From NCBI RefSeq assembly GCF_006345805.1, contig NC_043016.1, positions 15,748,001 through 15,812,000 on the forward strand: a stretch of 64,000 bases of DNA, in the 5' to 3' direction. This stretch comes from Octopus sinensis. Its lineage: Eukaryota. The notes under the pieces were generated by a model. That model was not told the origin of the DNA. It was given only the letters and a program-made list of their open reading frames with translations, and searched no databases. Positions 50,176 through 62,619 of this stretch are shown here, piece after piece. Position 1 is the first letter of the stretch. Each line of letters begins with the position of its first letter. The position numbers were made by a program, and so were the translations under genes.

Positions 50176-51371
50176 TCTGTATCTATAAAAGGCATGATGT
50201 GTGTGTGTGTACGTGATTATAATTTATGCACGTCCACAAATTAGCACGCATGTCGCTCCAATTTTAGGAGGACATTCGTCAACAACCTATCTGGGTTTTG
50301 TCAACTTATTTTTTTCCTGAGGCACCTGCGGATAGCGGTAAAAATCTATTTTCAGCCATAGCTTTTACCTATTTTGAAGATTGATAACATGAGTTAAGTC
50401 CCTTGTAGCCATAGCCAAGCAAAAGTGTGTGTGTGTGTGAGGGAGAGAGAGTGTTTCGCAATGTCTAACAAAAATGGTAAAGAAAAAGTATGTGTAAGGA
50501 AGAGTGGGAGGTAGTTTGACCAGCGTCTAACAAAAAGAAACAAAAGATAAAGAAAAGTGGAAGAGAGTTTCACAGCGTCTAAACAAAGAAAAGGGAAAGT
50601 CAAAGTGAGAGAGGGAGAGAGAGAGAAAGTGACGGCGTTCATAAAAAATAAAATGAAAATGTTTTGCTTTTTCTTAAACACGAGATATAGTCTTCAAATT
50701 TAGGATGTTTTTGAAAGACACTATATTTTATAATCATAGTATATATACTTTCTCACACAACAATTACAATATATTTATTTTAAATCGTTCATCCTTCTCT
50801 CCCCCCCCCTCTCTCTCACACACATTACTTTGGGTGCGAAAGAGTTTTGTTTTTATTTTACGCTGAGTAAAAAATTGTTTTGTTGAGAATTCATTTATTT
50901 AACAAAGAAACAAAGACGTAGGTAGCAATTTGTCAGTGAATTACACAATATGAATGGGTACAATTTGCGTGGCTTCCACCACACTCCACTCCATTTTACG
51001 GACCACAAAAAGGGTTTTGTAGCATATTAGGAGGCTAGAGTAGTTGCTTCCATGCAAAAAAAACGATTTTTTTTCTTAGTGAAAATCGTACGAGTGTTAA
51101 TCTCCAAATTTAACAACATTTTTTCCATTCAGTTCTGTTTATGAACATATATGCGTGCACAAAACATGCAATAGGTGTATATACATACATGTGTGTTCGT
51201 GTCTGTTGCCCATATATATTTATATCATATTATATATATATAATATAACCAATTTCAACAAATTTCGCCCAAATTTGACGTTGATATTACTTAGTTTGGT
51301 TTGAAATAAAAAAACTTGATTAGCTTAATAGTCATAACTTAATCCTGGGCATGGCCGGGTTATACTGCTAG
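50176..51371 (+). mobile_element. Non-autonomous Helitron-like element
   Basis: 5' A|TC at 50176 (approximate), 3' GC-rich hairpin cctgggcatggccggg followed by CTAG|T at 51368-51372; no TSD; CpG-retaining interior. Confidence 0.7.
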
Positions 51372-51399
51372 TGTATATATATATATATATATATATATC

Positions 51400-51433
<34 letters not shown>

Positions 51434-52620
51434 GCAAGAGAAATCTCATGAAGGTGCAGGCATGGATGTGTGGTAAGAAGCTTGCTTCCCACCCACATGG
51501 TCCTGAGTTCAGTTCCACTGCGTGGCACCTTGGGCAAGTGTCTTCTTCTATAGCCTTTGGCTAACCAAAGCATTGTGAGTGGATTTGGTTGATGGAAACT
51601 GAAAGAAGCCTGTACTATATATATATAAGTATATATTTATGTGTGTGTCTGTGTTTTTCCCCCCACCACTACCATTGCATGACAGCCAATGTTGGTATGT
51701 TTAATGTCTATGTCCCTGTAACTTAGTGGTTCAGCAAAAGAGACCGATAAAATAAAAATACTAAGCTTACAAAGAATAAGTCCTGGGGTCGAATTGTTCG
51801 ACTAAAAGGTAGTGCTCCAGCATGGCCACAGTCAAATGACTGAAACAAGTCAAAGAGTTAACTAGAATCTCCATGAAAGACCATCAGGCAATGTCAGTGT
51901 ATGGTGTAATATATACAACAAAATCACCAAAGCCCAAGAACCACCTCAACAAGCTTAAACCTACAAAAACTAGAATTCCAATGAATTAAAGCCATGAGAA
52001 CAAAATACAAAAGATTCACAGTCAACAAGAAAACATACATTTTATCTTCAGTTGCATATGGATGTGTATATTTGTGTAAATATTGATATTCAATGCTTGT
52101 CGTTGTGGAGTGCAACGATTATGTTTGCTTCCTTAATGATATTGTGGCCAGCTGCTCTGAAATTTCAAAAGACCTCTGGAGTAAAAAGAAATCCCGTTGA
52201 AAAACAGGTCTGAACTGGCAACGAGAAGACCAGCCATCTGTAAAATCTTTCCTCTAATGACTTTCCACAAAACCCAAGCTAGCATGCACGGACACACACA
52301 CACACCATGAAAATGAAATAGCGAGAGTAAGGAGGAAAGAGAGTACTTAATGTTGAAAGTTTAGTTATTTATTGGAAGCTAAAACTTTCACAAATATTTT
52401 CTCGATTTCTTTCTTCCAATCTCTTGACAATTGTGATAAAAAAAATGGTTTATATAAAAGAGACAGAGAGTATTTGAGTATGATAAGCTTGATTTGACAC
52501 TGAAGGTGTTGTTAAATTTCATTTACTAATTTAACCAATTAAAAAAAAAATTGTAAAATAGCAAGATCACAATGGGGGTTAGATATGTGGTGTGGTGTGA
52601 ATAGGGAAACTATATATGTA

Positions 52621-53854
52621 CAGGGAGACATGAAACTTGAGGCAACCAACTTTTTTCAATTTTGCAAAAGCAAAATATTGTTATATTTCAGGTCTGAGTG
52701 TTACAATGCAATGGTAAAAGAAACACAATTATGACACAACCACATTTATTTAACATGATCTCTTGCGTTTCAAATCACAGCCTTAATTCTAGGAGCGAAT
52801 GCTCCACATGCAGCTGCTCTTGTGGAACTGAAGCCTATTCCTGGCGCAGTTTAGCCTTCAGACTGTTGAGTGAAGCTTGAGATCCTTGTCTCCAAAGTGG
52901 ACCAAACAGAAAAATCCAAGAGGTTGAGATCATGGCTTCTTGAGGGCCATACATCCTTGCTTATGAATGAAGGAATGTTTTTCTGAATCCAGTGTTGTGT
53001 CTGTCTGGAGCTGTAGGTTGGTGCGGAGTCCTGTTGGAGGATCCAAGGAGAACCTTGAAAGTGCTCATTTGCCCATGGATGCAGTTCAGCTTCCATAATG
53101 TATTGCTGGGTGTTAATTTTAACATCCAAGGACACAGAAACGAGGGGAGACCTTCCAGTGGCTGTCACAGCCACCCAAACTATAACTGACTGGATTTTGA
53201 TGACGATTTATGAGTCTACCCTCAATGCAGCTAAATACATTCCAAAGTTGGTCCTTCTGGTGGTTTCCTGTCTGTTCAATGTCAAATTTCTTTTCATCAG
53301 TGAACATCACATTGTGTGCCTTCAGCAATTTGATGCAGGATAAGACGACTTATCTCCAGTCTCATGGCTTATAAACTAGAGTGAACTCATAATGGCAGAT
53401 CATCATGTATGGATGGGTCCAGAGATCCTCCACTATTTGATACATCGATTTTTGGCTTATTTTTGTTGTGGCAGCCAGTTTTCTGATGAGGATTTCGGCA
53501 TATCTTTTTCCTCGTACTTTTGATAAACTGAGGGGTTCACACACTTCTTTTTCGGCCACATCCATGGGGATCAGTGTTGGAACCAGTATCTTGAAATTTC
53601 TTGACAATTTTCCAGGCTGTTGTTTGGTTAATTTTAAGCTTTTTTGGTAAAACTGTATTACTTTTGCCTCCTTTGTGGAGGGTTATGATTATATTTCGGT
53701 CTATAGCCATTATCTAATTTTTTAAATTTGAATTTATTTAGTGTGAAACAAAAAGAAGACATAATAAGCTTTTATATTGATGGATAAGTTTCATATCCCA
53801 TTGATAGTTATTAAAGCCTGAAACTTCAGTTTGCCTTCATTTCAGGACACCCTG
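52621..53854 (-). mobile_element. Degenerate maT (DD37D) Tc1/mariner transposon
   Basis: TA TSDs; imperfect TIRs cagggagacatgaaa / ttcaggacaccctg; VMFTDEKKF, LQQDSAP, 37 residues to D in DLNLLD. Confidence 0.85.
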
Positions 53855-55072
53855 TATGTGGAGATAAAACTTTATTATTAAATTAAATATACATGCAACT
53901 AAATTGCAAACTAGATTTATTGGTTTCAATTTGGGGGAAAGGGTAAATCAATTACAAAGACCCCAGTATTTAACTGGTACTTATTTTAATCAACCTTGAA
54001 AGGATAAAAGGCATCATAGACCTTAGTGAAACTTGAAATCAGAACAGATAGATGAAAAGCCACTAAGCATTTTGTTCAGCCTGCTAACAATTCTGTCAGT
54101 TCACTGCCCTAATTTTCCTGTACAGAGACCCATCCCCAACCAACAAAATGAATGTGAGACTTAACAATACACAACAATGTCTAATTGACTTATGGCATTA
54201 TTCATAAAGAAGGAGGTTTATAATTGGTGAAAAGGAATGTAGAAGCATATCTATAAGGTGATAGTTAAGATTTTAAGTCCAAACTCAGAAAACGTTAAAA
54301 TGTGGAACTGTAGAATATTGTACAATGCAAATATATACTTGTGAATGGTTGGCACATTTTTGTGTGTGTTTGAACATTATTTGGTATGTTTAACCCTTTA
54401 GCATTTAATCTACCTGTTTTGTGATCAAACTATCCAAATCCAGCCTCACCTGTCTACCTTACGATGTCATTCTAAAAATATGCAATCACAAATGAAATTT
54501 CAAAGCTACAAGATAATGCATGACTAATTTAAAACAATAAATAAGCATTACATTTGACAGGATAATCTGAATGCTAAAGGTAGTTATTTGTTCCATAAGT
54601 AGTTCAGCCTATCAGCTGATTGTGACTTTTGAATGTAAAGGATCACATGAAAAAAATAAAAGTATGTTATTAAACTCTTTATGAGAGGACAGAACAATAG
54701 TGTTACTGACAGGATCTGAATTGCTGTTGACTGATACTGATCTTGTTGAAGCATGGTTAAAATATTTTGTAGCCACCCCAGGAATAAAGAAGAGATAAAA
54801 AAGTGAGATAATAATGAACAGGGTGGTCTGAAAGAGATAACAGACTTTTATTATTTATCAAGGACCAATATTGAAGGTGTACTTGGAACAGTTGGAGGAT
54901 GGCCGTTGACTCTCAAGAGTTCCTCCACCCTTTGACGGGTTTTGTTTTTCATCCCTCAGGGTGTCCAATAAACACCCTCCTCACCAAGCAAGCCAGTTTA
55001 GTCGCCGACAACCCGACCATGCAACAGGTTGTACTGGGTTACATGTTACCAGTAGCACTCGAAAGTAACCTG

Positions 55073-55840
55073 ACACATACATACATACATACATACATAC
55101 ATAATACATACATACATACATACATACATACATACATACATACATACATACATACATACATACATACATACATACATACATACATACATACATACATACA
55201 TGCATATATACATACATGCATGCAAGTATACATACATACATGCATGCATGCATACATGCATACATACATGCATACATACATACATACATACATACATGCA
55301 TGCATGCAAGCATACATACATACATACATACATACACATACATACATACATGCAAGCATACATACATACATACATACATGCAAGCATACATACATACATA
55401 CATTCATTCATACATACATACATACATACACACACATACATACATACATGCATACATGCAAGCATACATACATACATACATACATTCATTCATACATACA
55501 TACATACATACATACATACATACATACATACATACATACAAACATGCATGCATACATACATACATACATGCATGCATACATACATACATACATGCAAGCA
55601 TACATACATACATACATACATACATACATACATACATACATACATACATACATACACACACACATACATACATACATACATACATACATAATTACACAGA
55701 CATACATACATACATACATTCATACATACATACATACATACATACATACATACACACATACATACATACATACATACATACATACATACATACATACATA
55801 CATACATACATACATAGTTACACAGACATACATACATATA
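55073..55840. repeat. About 770-bp (TACA)n microsatellite with TGCA/TTCA variants
   Basis: directly visible. Confidence 0.97.
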
Positions 55841-56183
55841 GAGAGAAATAAACTTCTTTAAGAGTTTGAATGATTGCTTGGAAATGATCAGCAGACTATA
55901 CAAGCTTGTCCTACCATCAGATTTTTATAGGACTGAAACTAATGGTAGCTTGAACCTAAACCGTGTGTGTATTAAATGATATTACATATATGTGTGTGTG
56001 TGTGTGAGCGTATTTTCTTCAGATTGGTTTGAATTTTTATCTCATTGCTTCAGTTTCATGCCACTTTGGTCGTCAGAAGAGAACAGTTACAAATCTGGTA
56101 TTGGCAATGTATTTACATTCATTGACATGGGTAACGTCTCATGTTTGTTCATTGGTTTAGCAATTGGCTGTTATTCTTCTGTC

Positions 56184-56717
56184 ATCATTATCATCATCAT
56201 CGTTTAACGTCCGCTTTCCATGCTGGCATGGGTTGGACAATTTGACTGTGGGCTGGCTAACCAGATGGCTGCACCAGGCTCCAATCTGATCTGGCAGAGT
56301 TTCTACAGCTGGATGCACTTCCTAATGCCAACCACTCCGATAGTGTAGTGGATGCTTTTATGTGCCACTGGCATGGGGGCCAGGAGCCAATCAGGCGTTA
56401 CTGACAATGGCCTTGCTCGAATGTTTTTTTTACATGCCACCAGCACAAGTGCCAGTAAAGAGACGCAGGTAGCAATCATGCTTGAATGGTGTTTTTTACG
56501 TGCTCTGGCAAGTATCATGTTCAAATGGAGCTCTTAGTGCTCCACTAGCATGGATGCCAGTCATCGAATTTGATTTCGATTTCGCTTGCCTCAATAGGTC
56601 TTCGCAGAGTTTAGTGTCCAATGAAGGAAAGGTATGCATAAGTGGGCTGGTTACACCCCTGGCATAGGCCACGAGGTTATGGTCTCACAAGCATGACATC
56701 GGGCCTCACCAAAGCAA
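56184..56717 (-). mobile_element. 5'-truncated RTE-type retroposon with TSD
   Basis: (cat)n tail; 9-bp direct repeat tcttctgtc at 56175-56183 and 56718-56726. Confidence 0.8.
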
Positions 56718-58304
56718 TCTTCTGTCTCTTTCACTATTTCTGGGTATGTTTTTGATTTATTTATTCGATCTAGATTGAAAATCTAGTGAAGATTGTTCTT
56801 TTATTAAGTTATATTGTAATCAAATTTCAATGAGCACCAATGCACAAAATCTGCCTTTGAGTCACTCTGTAACTTATGCTAATTGATAATTAAAAAATAT
56901 ATCTTTCATCTTTTATAAGTAATTCGTTTCAGTCAATGGACTGCAGTCATGCTGGGGCACCACCTTAAAAGGTTTGAGCAAATCAACCTTAGGGCTTATT
57001 TTTTTTAGTCTAGCACTTATTCTGTTTATCTGTTTTGCAGAACTAAGTTATGGGGATGTAAATTAACCAACACTTGTCAAATGATGGCTGGAGATAAACA
57101 CAAACACAAAGGCATATATATACATACGTATGCACACACACACATTTATATGATGAATGAGCAAAGACAATGGAAAACACAAGAGGGACAAGTTTTTGCA
57201 AAAGTGTTGTTAGTCTCACACTTGAAAAGAGAAAAGAAAGGGGTTTGGGAAATTTCAGACATTTGAGTCTTTTGTCAGAAAGAAAAGAAAGGATGAACGG
57301 TGGTGGAAAGGGGAGAAGAAAAATGAAAGAGAAAAAGGGTTAGGGGCTGGTAGGGAATATGGTTTTATGGGGTGGAAGAAGAGGGGAAAGGTGAGGTGTT
57401 GTGTGGAGACATATATATATATATAATAATGATAATATGTATATATGCATATATTTATATATATATATATATAAATATATGCATATATACATATTATTAT
57501 ATGATCGAACACCACGCATCCATTTCCAATTAAGTTTTATCTTAATAATTCTGATGTGCTCTCTTATCCTATCTCTATTCTTTCTATCTATCTCCCTCTC
57601 ATGTTCTTCTTCCTTTCTGTTTTTCTCTCCCACCCTTTCCCTATTCTTCTCCTCTCCCCTTTACCATTCCCTTTCCCTATCTCACTCTTTCTCCTTGACT
57701 CTCTCTTTGCTTACACGTGACCAACGGCTGTCTAGCTTTCTTTCTTCCACTTCCTTCCTAAAGACAAGATGTGCTTTTGTCTGTCTCTTCTCAAAGCTCG
57801 TTTTTTCAGCGTTCACCACTTCACCTCATCATGGCTTAACTGCCCTCACCATTTGTTTTTACTGTTTTGTTCTTACTGTCTTGTCTTTGATACCACTTTA
57901 ATCTTCCACAAAAAATCCCAAATTTTATTTAATTTGCTTTGTGGGAAGGACTGTTTTAACGTTGTATCTTGCCCTTACCTTCGAAACACGGAGTAGATAA
58001 AACAGGGGACAACTGATGAAGGGAATGTTCCTTATGTTGCATGTCTCGTTTCTCTGTTTCTTTCTTTCATTGTTCGAAAAAAATGTTCGTTTTCTATGTT
58101 TTTGTTTTTTATGTTCTCATTTCTCATTTTGTTCACGTTTTTTAATGTCCTGCACCCATATATGCATGTATATATACATATATATGTAGGTATGTACATA
58201 TATGTATGTATATATGCATATATTTATATATTATTTATATTTTTATATGATCGAATGCCACGCATCCATTTCCAAGTAAGTTTTATCTCTCTCTCTCTCT
58301 CTCT

Positions 58305-58345
<41 letters not shown>

Positions 58346-59899
58346 ACTAAACCTTTTTTAAAGGAACTTCTCCCATGTTCATTCCCTCGAATTCAGTGTG
58401 TGGGTGTGTATATGTTGAAGTAGTGTGGAGTCCCCTTGCAGTGTGTGACTTTACTTATAGTAAAGCCCTTGATATAATAATGTATATATGAGAATATGTA
58501 GATAAGGAGATGAGCAGGTGGTTGGGTGGGGGTGGGTAGAATTGAGTGGGATGTGAATGTGGTGAAGGAGTGAGGGAAGTGTGGAAGAAAAGGTGGCAGG
58601 GGAAACGGTGCAGGAGGTGAGAGAAAATAAAACAGGTACAAGTTCAGAGGAAAAGTTTATAAAAAGTGTGTGTGTGTGTGGGGGGGAAAGAATAAGTATA
58701 ATATAAAAAATGAAATAAAAACTGTTGTTACAGCAAGGGCAGAGTGAAGAGAGGGATCCTGAAAAGGGATGGGCTTGATGAAAGAGCTAAGGTTTGAGGT
58801 TACAGGCACACTTGAAGGAAAGGATTGGTGGGAGATGGAAGAAACAGGGGGTGGTAGGGTCAGCCTGAAGATCACAGAAGAGATGGAAAATGGCGCATTG
58901 TAAGGACAGGATGGTAAGTGAGGGGAAAGGGGACACATTAGGGATGTAGATGTGAAGGGCTGAGGTGTGATCAATAAAGGGCCAAGCAGATATGAGAGGT
59001 TGTAGCCACAATGGATGAAGAAGACCAAGACAGTAGATCCAGCTTTCATCAGAGGTTGCCAGAGATGGAGGTACTCTTGGACTGAAAGTAATGACCTCAA
59101 CCAAACTAGCAAGTGTCCAAATCGTTAGCTTTATGAGTGGATTTGGTAGACGGAAACTGATAGAAATCCATTGTATTTATGTCTCCTGCTACAGTCTGGT
59201 TCGTCTCCCTATAACCTAGCAGTTCATAAAACAGACACTGATAGAATAAACGAAGTAGAATGATTTTACTTCTAAATATAAGCCTGTAACAGACAACCAA
59301 CCAATTATTAATTTTCCAAGCGTTCCAACCGAGAACACCTCGCCAATTCGGAGACAACCAGGTCCTAAGTGAATGACGGGTTTTTACCGTGTATCGAGTG
59401 AGATTTAGCTGCTATTACAGGCAGCCCAAACGACCACAGACGACTTCTTTCTGTTATAACTTCATTCAAAGCCCTGTTTGGGCTTTCAAAAATTGTTAAA
59501 ATTTGTTACTCTCTAAAATGCTCGGTTAGCATATAGAATAATATTTAGGGAGAGAAATTTCTTATATTCGACTCATATCAATATAAATATCACCTACCCT
59601 CATTTGCATATAGCTTAAAATTTCATGTCAAATTAATTATTTATAAAATATATTTAAATCTACATTTTTTCCAACGTTTTATTTTGATATTTACTTTATT
59701 TCCATAATATGATAATTAAACTTTATTGGTCTGTCTATCTTTTTTTAATAATTATTATTTTACATTATGCACTGATCCAAACTGTACCCTCCCCAAAGAA
59801 GAATATTTCTGTCAATGGTTTCGTACGTAAAAAGAACAAAGTAAAGAAATGTATTCCTAAGTTAGGAATTAAAAACAAAAATGTATTAGTAATTTATTT

Positions 59900-60520
59900 T
59901 TACAATATGACATCGATCCTTTTTACTTTTGTCGAAATACCCAAAACCGTTGACAACTAAAGTTCCCTACGGTCGCGGCTGAATCTGCCAACGTTTTTAT
60001 TCCGGGAAAATCTTCGCCGCCGGGTTTTCTCTTTTAATTAAGTTTTATAATTGGTTTTATAATTGCTTTATATTATAACAATCATTATTATTATAGCCAT
60101 GGTTCTATACGGTTATTTTATTTCTATTGCAGTCGGGCGAAAAAGGACGTCGGTAAATAGAAGAATATTTAAACATTTTCTTTATATTTCCTAATGTTTA
60201 ACTCCAGAACAATTCCGACCGATTAATCTCCAACGACAAAAAAAAGGTTCCACTTCCGACCATTCCACATTGTTTAACTTTCCACCTTTCTAATGTGGCC
60301 CTTAATATATCTTTTTTTTATGTTGGAGCGTCATTTGCAAGTAATTCGACTGCTATTTCTTGCAGGTTGTAGACCAGTCCCGGGCCGCATGCGACCCAAC
60401 TCGTCGTTAGGCGGGCCGCACTACTAAAAGAATTCGAGTTAATTTTAATTTTTGTTAGAAAGTCTCACGGGTCGCACTTAGTCCGTGTTTCCTACTTTAG
60501 CTTGATTCGATGAGTGAGTT
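59900..60520. promoter_or_regulatory. CpG-enriched putative promoter / first-exon region
   Basis: marked CpG retention in non-repeat sequence; CACTTCCG (ETS-like) at about 60251; donor-like GTGAGT at 60514. Confidence 0.4.
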
Positions 60521-61217
60521 TTGGTGGTAAATATTTTGAGAAATTTTATTTCTTCCTTTTTTTTTATGTAAGAAGGAGAAATAAACTTTGGAGTTTTGGG
60601 TTTTTTAAATTTTGGACGAAATTTGGTGCCTTTCAATTTTAATCTCTTCTCGTCAGATCTTAATGTCCTGGTGATAGTTAAAGGCTTTTTGTGTTCCAAG
60701 TTCATATTCCTCGGGGGTTAACTTTGCCTTTCATTCGTTGGTGACCGATAAAACAAGAATCGGTCAGATGCTGGTTTCATACAATCGACCCTAAAACCTT
60801 CCAACAAAACGTGTCGCCCTGTGCGTGTGTTCAGTGCCACTTTAATGTATTTATTTTTGATGTTTCTCCTATTTCTTCAACATGGACCTGAGCGAGAAAA
60901 CTTCGTTGCCCAAAATAAAGAAACATTCACATATACAAATACACATTGAACGGGCTTCTAGCAATTCCACTGACAATGCATTGACCAGTCTGAAGCCATA
61001 GCAGAAGACATCTGCATGTAGTGTCTTGCGGGGGGAACAAGTCCTGGACCATGCATGGGGTTACCAAGTGAAATTCTTAACCACATAACCAAAAAACTCC
61101 ACGTTATTAACCACACTAAGTCCACATGCTGTGCTGGACTGAAAACCAGATTCAATCTACCAGACACCACACCAGTAATGTCTATGTTTGGTCTTTTGTA
61201 ATTAGTCACAAATTTAA

Positions 61218-61442
61218 CCCTTTTGTTACCATATTTTTGTTGAAATATACTGCTCTTGTTTCAATTAATTTTGTAAAAAAAAAAAAGAATTTAAGAATTT
61301 ACTGAAATGACTTTATCATTATCAAAGCTAGTGTCTGCAACATTAACTGACAAGAAATCTTGATGAAACGTTTTAACCTAGATCACTTTATGACAGAACG
61401 TTTATACCATAGAACCAGAAAGGTGGATTAGTATGAAAAGGG
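61218..61442. mobile_element. piggyBac-type MITE family B
   Basis: TTAA cccttttg ... gaaaaggg TTAA (61214-61217, 61443-61446). Confidence 0.75.
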
Positions 61443-62179
61443 TTAACAAAATGGACAGCAAGCAAATACAGTTTCCTCAAGTTTAGGGGAAAAAAATTAG
61501 AGTTTAGATAGAGGTTCTATATACAGACTTTGAAATAACAGGATTTGAAAAGGAAGTGTTTTGGTTATGTAACAAATAATACTATGTTTCTGTACCTCCA
61601 GAGTGTATGGTGATGTCTTGATAATTCACCCCCCCCACCCAGACCCTAGTAAAAGGGAAATAGGAAGACCTTAAAGTGGGTGTCTGACTAACATCAGAGA
61701 ACAGGTAGGAAGGAAAATGGCTATTTTGACTAGAAAAGAAGGCTTTGACAAAGTTGGTGTCATTTATTGAGTACGTTGTCATTGGCACCACCATCATCAC
61801 TGTTGTCGCCATCAACCATGGTCTTAATTTCTCTAAACTTTAGGAAAGAGACATGATGGCCATGGCTGGAATGTGTAGATCACAGTTCAGCTTGCATAGA
61901 GTTGATTTGGGGTTAAATAACATTAACAATTCACTTCGTCTTTCTTTTCTCTTTACCAAAAAATTACATTGCAGTCCTTGTTTGCTGCTAATTGCTGTTC
62001 CATCTGTGACCATCCCATTTATATCCAGACACATTGTATCTAAGATTACGTTATCCAACATGTCCTTCCTTATTTCAAGAGTATGGGGTGTGATTAGATT
62101 GTTGGTCATTTAGAGATTCCCTCATTGGCTCACAATGTGAATTGTTATTTTTTTGGGGTCATTATAATAGCAGTTGAAG

Positions 62180-62410
62180 ACATTTGAAAATTTCATGGAC
62201 AGATTATAAAATCAAGGACGAAGTTGGAAGAATGGTAAAGGGAGAAGAAAATTTATTACGCAATAAAAAGAGAAAAATAAAAATATTTTGCTTAGGATTG
62301 GAAAAAAAAAATTCAGAAACTTTTAATAGAATACAAAATAAGTGGGGAAAGAGGAAAATAAAACCCAAAATTATGTGCATGGATGATATCAAGAATTGGA
62401 CAGACTTATA
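62180..62410 (+). mobile_element. Degenerate RTE ORF2 C-terminal fragment
   Basis: LKISWTDYKIKDEV...GKRKIKPKIMCMDDIKNWT (cf. LRISWTDK..NEEV...GKR.RGRP...W.D.IK.W). Confidence 0.65.
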
Positions 62411-62619
62411 TCATCGATGTGCTTATAAGGACAGCACAAGACTTGATTGTTCTCATTCTGGTCGACAATGTAATTAACATCCTTGGTCAATCCAATTCAA
62501 GTGGTATGACAGTACTGTTTCAGAAAAGTTTGGATCTACAGGTAAATAGATCCTTGCTAAATCTGGTCGGTAACTCACTCATCCTAGACATCAATAGCAG
62601 GAAGAATGATGGTGGTGCT

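Noticed and set aside
54899-55903. Long ORFs of 120-320 aa (HTYI/MYVC repeats)
   Set aside because: Translation artefacts of the (TACA)n microsatellite
57975-58040. Complete hammerhead ribozyme (GAAA at about 57983, CTGATGA at 58013)
   Set aside because: No GAAA follows stem II, and the permuted arrangement lacks a stem I
58995-59060. Third hammerhead-like relic (minus CTGATGA...UGGAU/AUCCA)
   Set aside because: Only 5 bp of stem II and no GAAA box; too degenerate to support
59595-60100. snRNA gene downstream of octamer ATTTGCAT
   Set aside because: No recognisable U snRNA sequence on either strand
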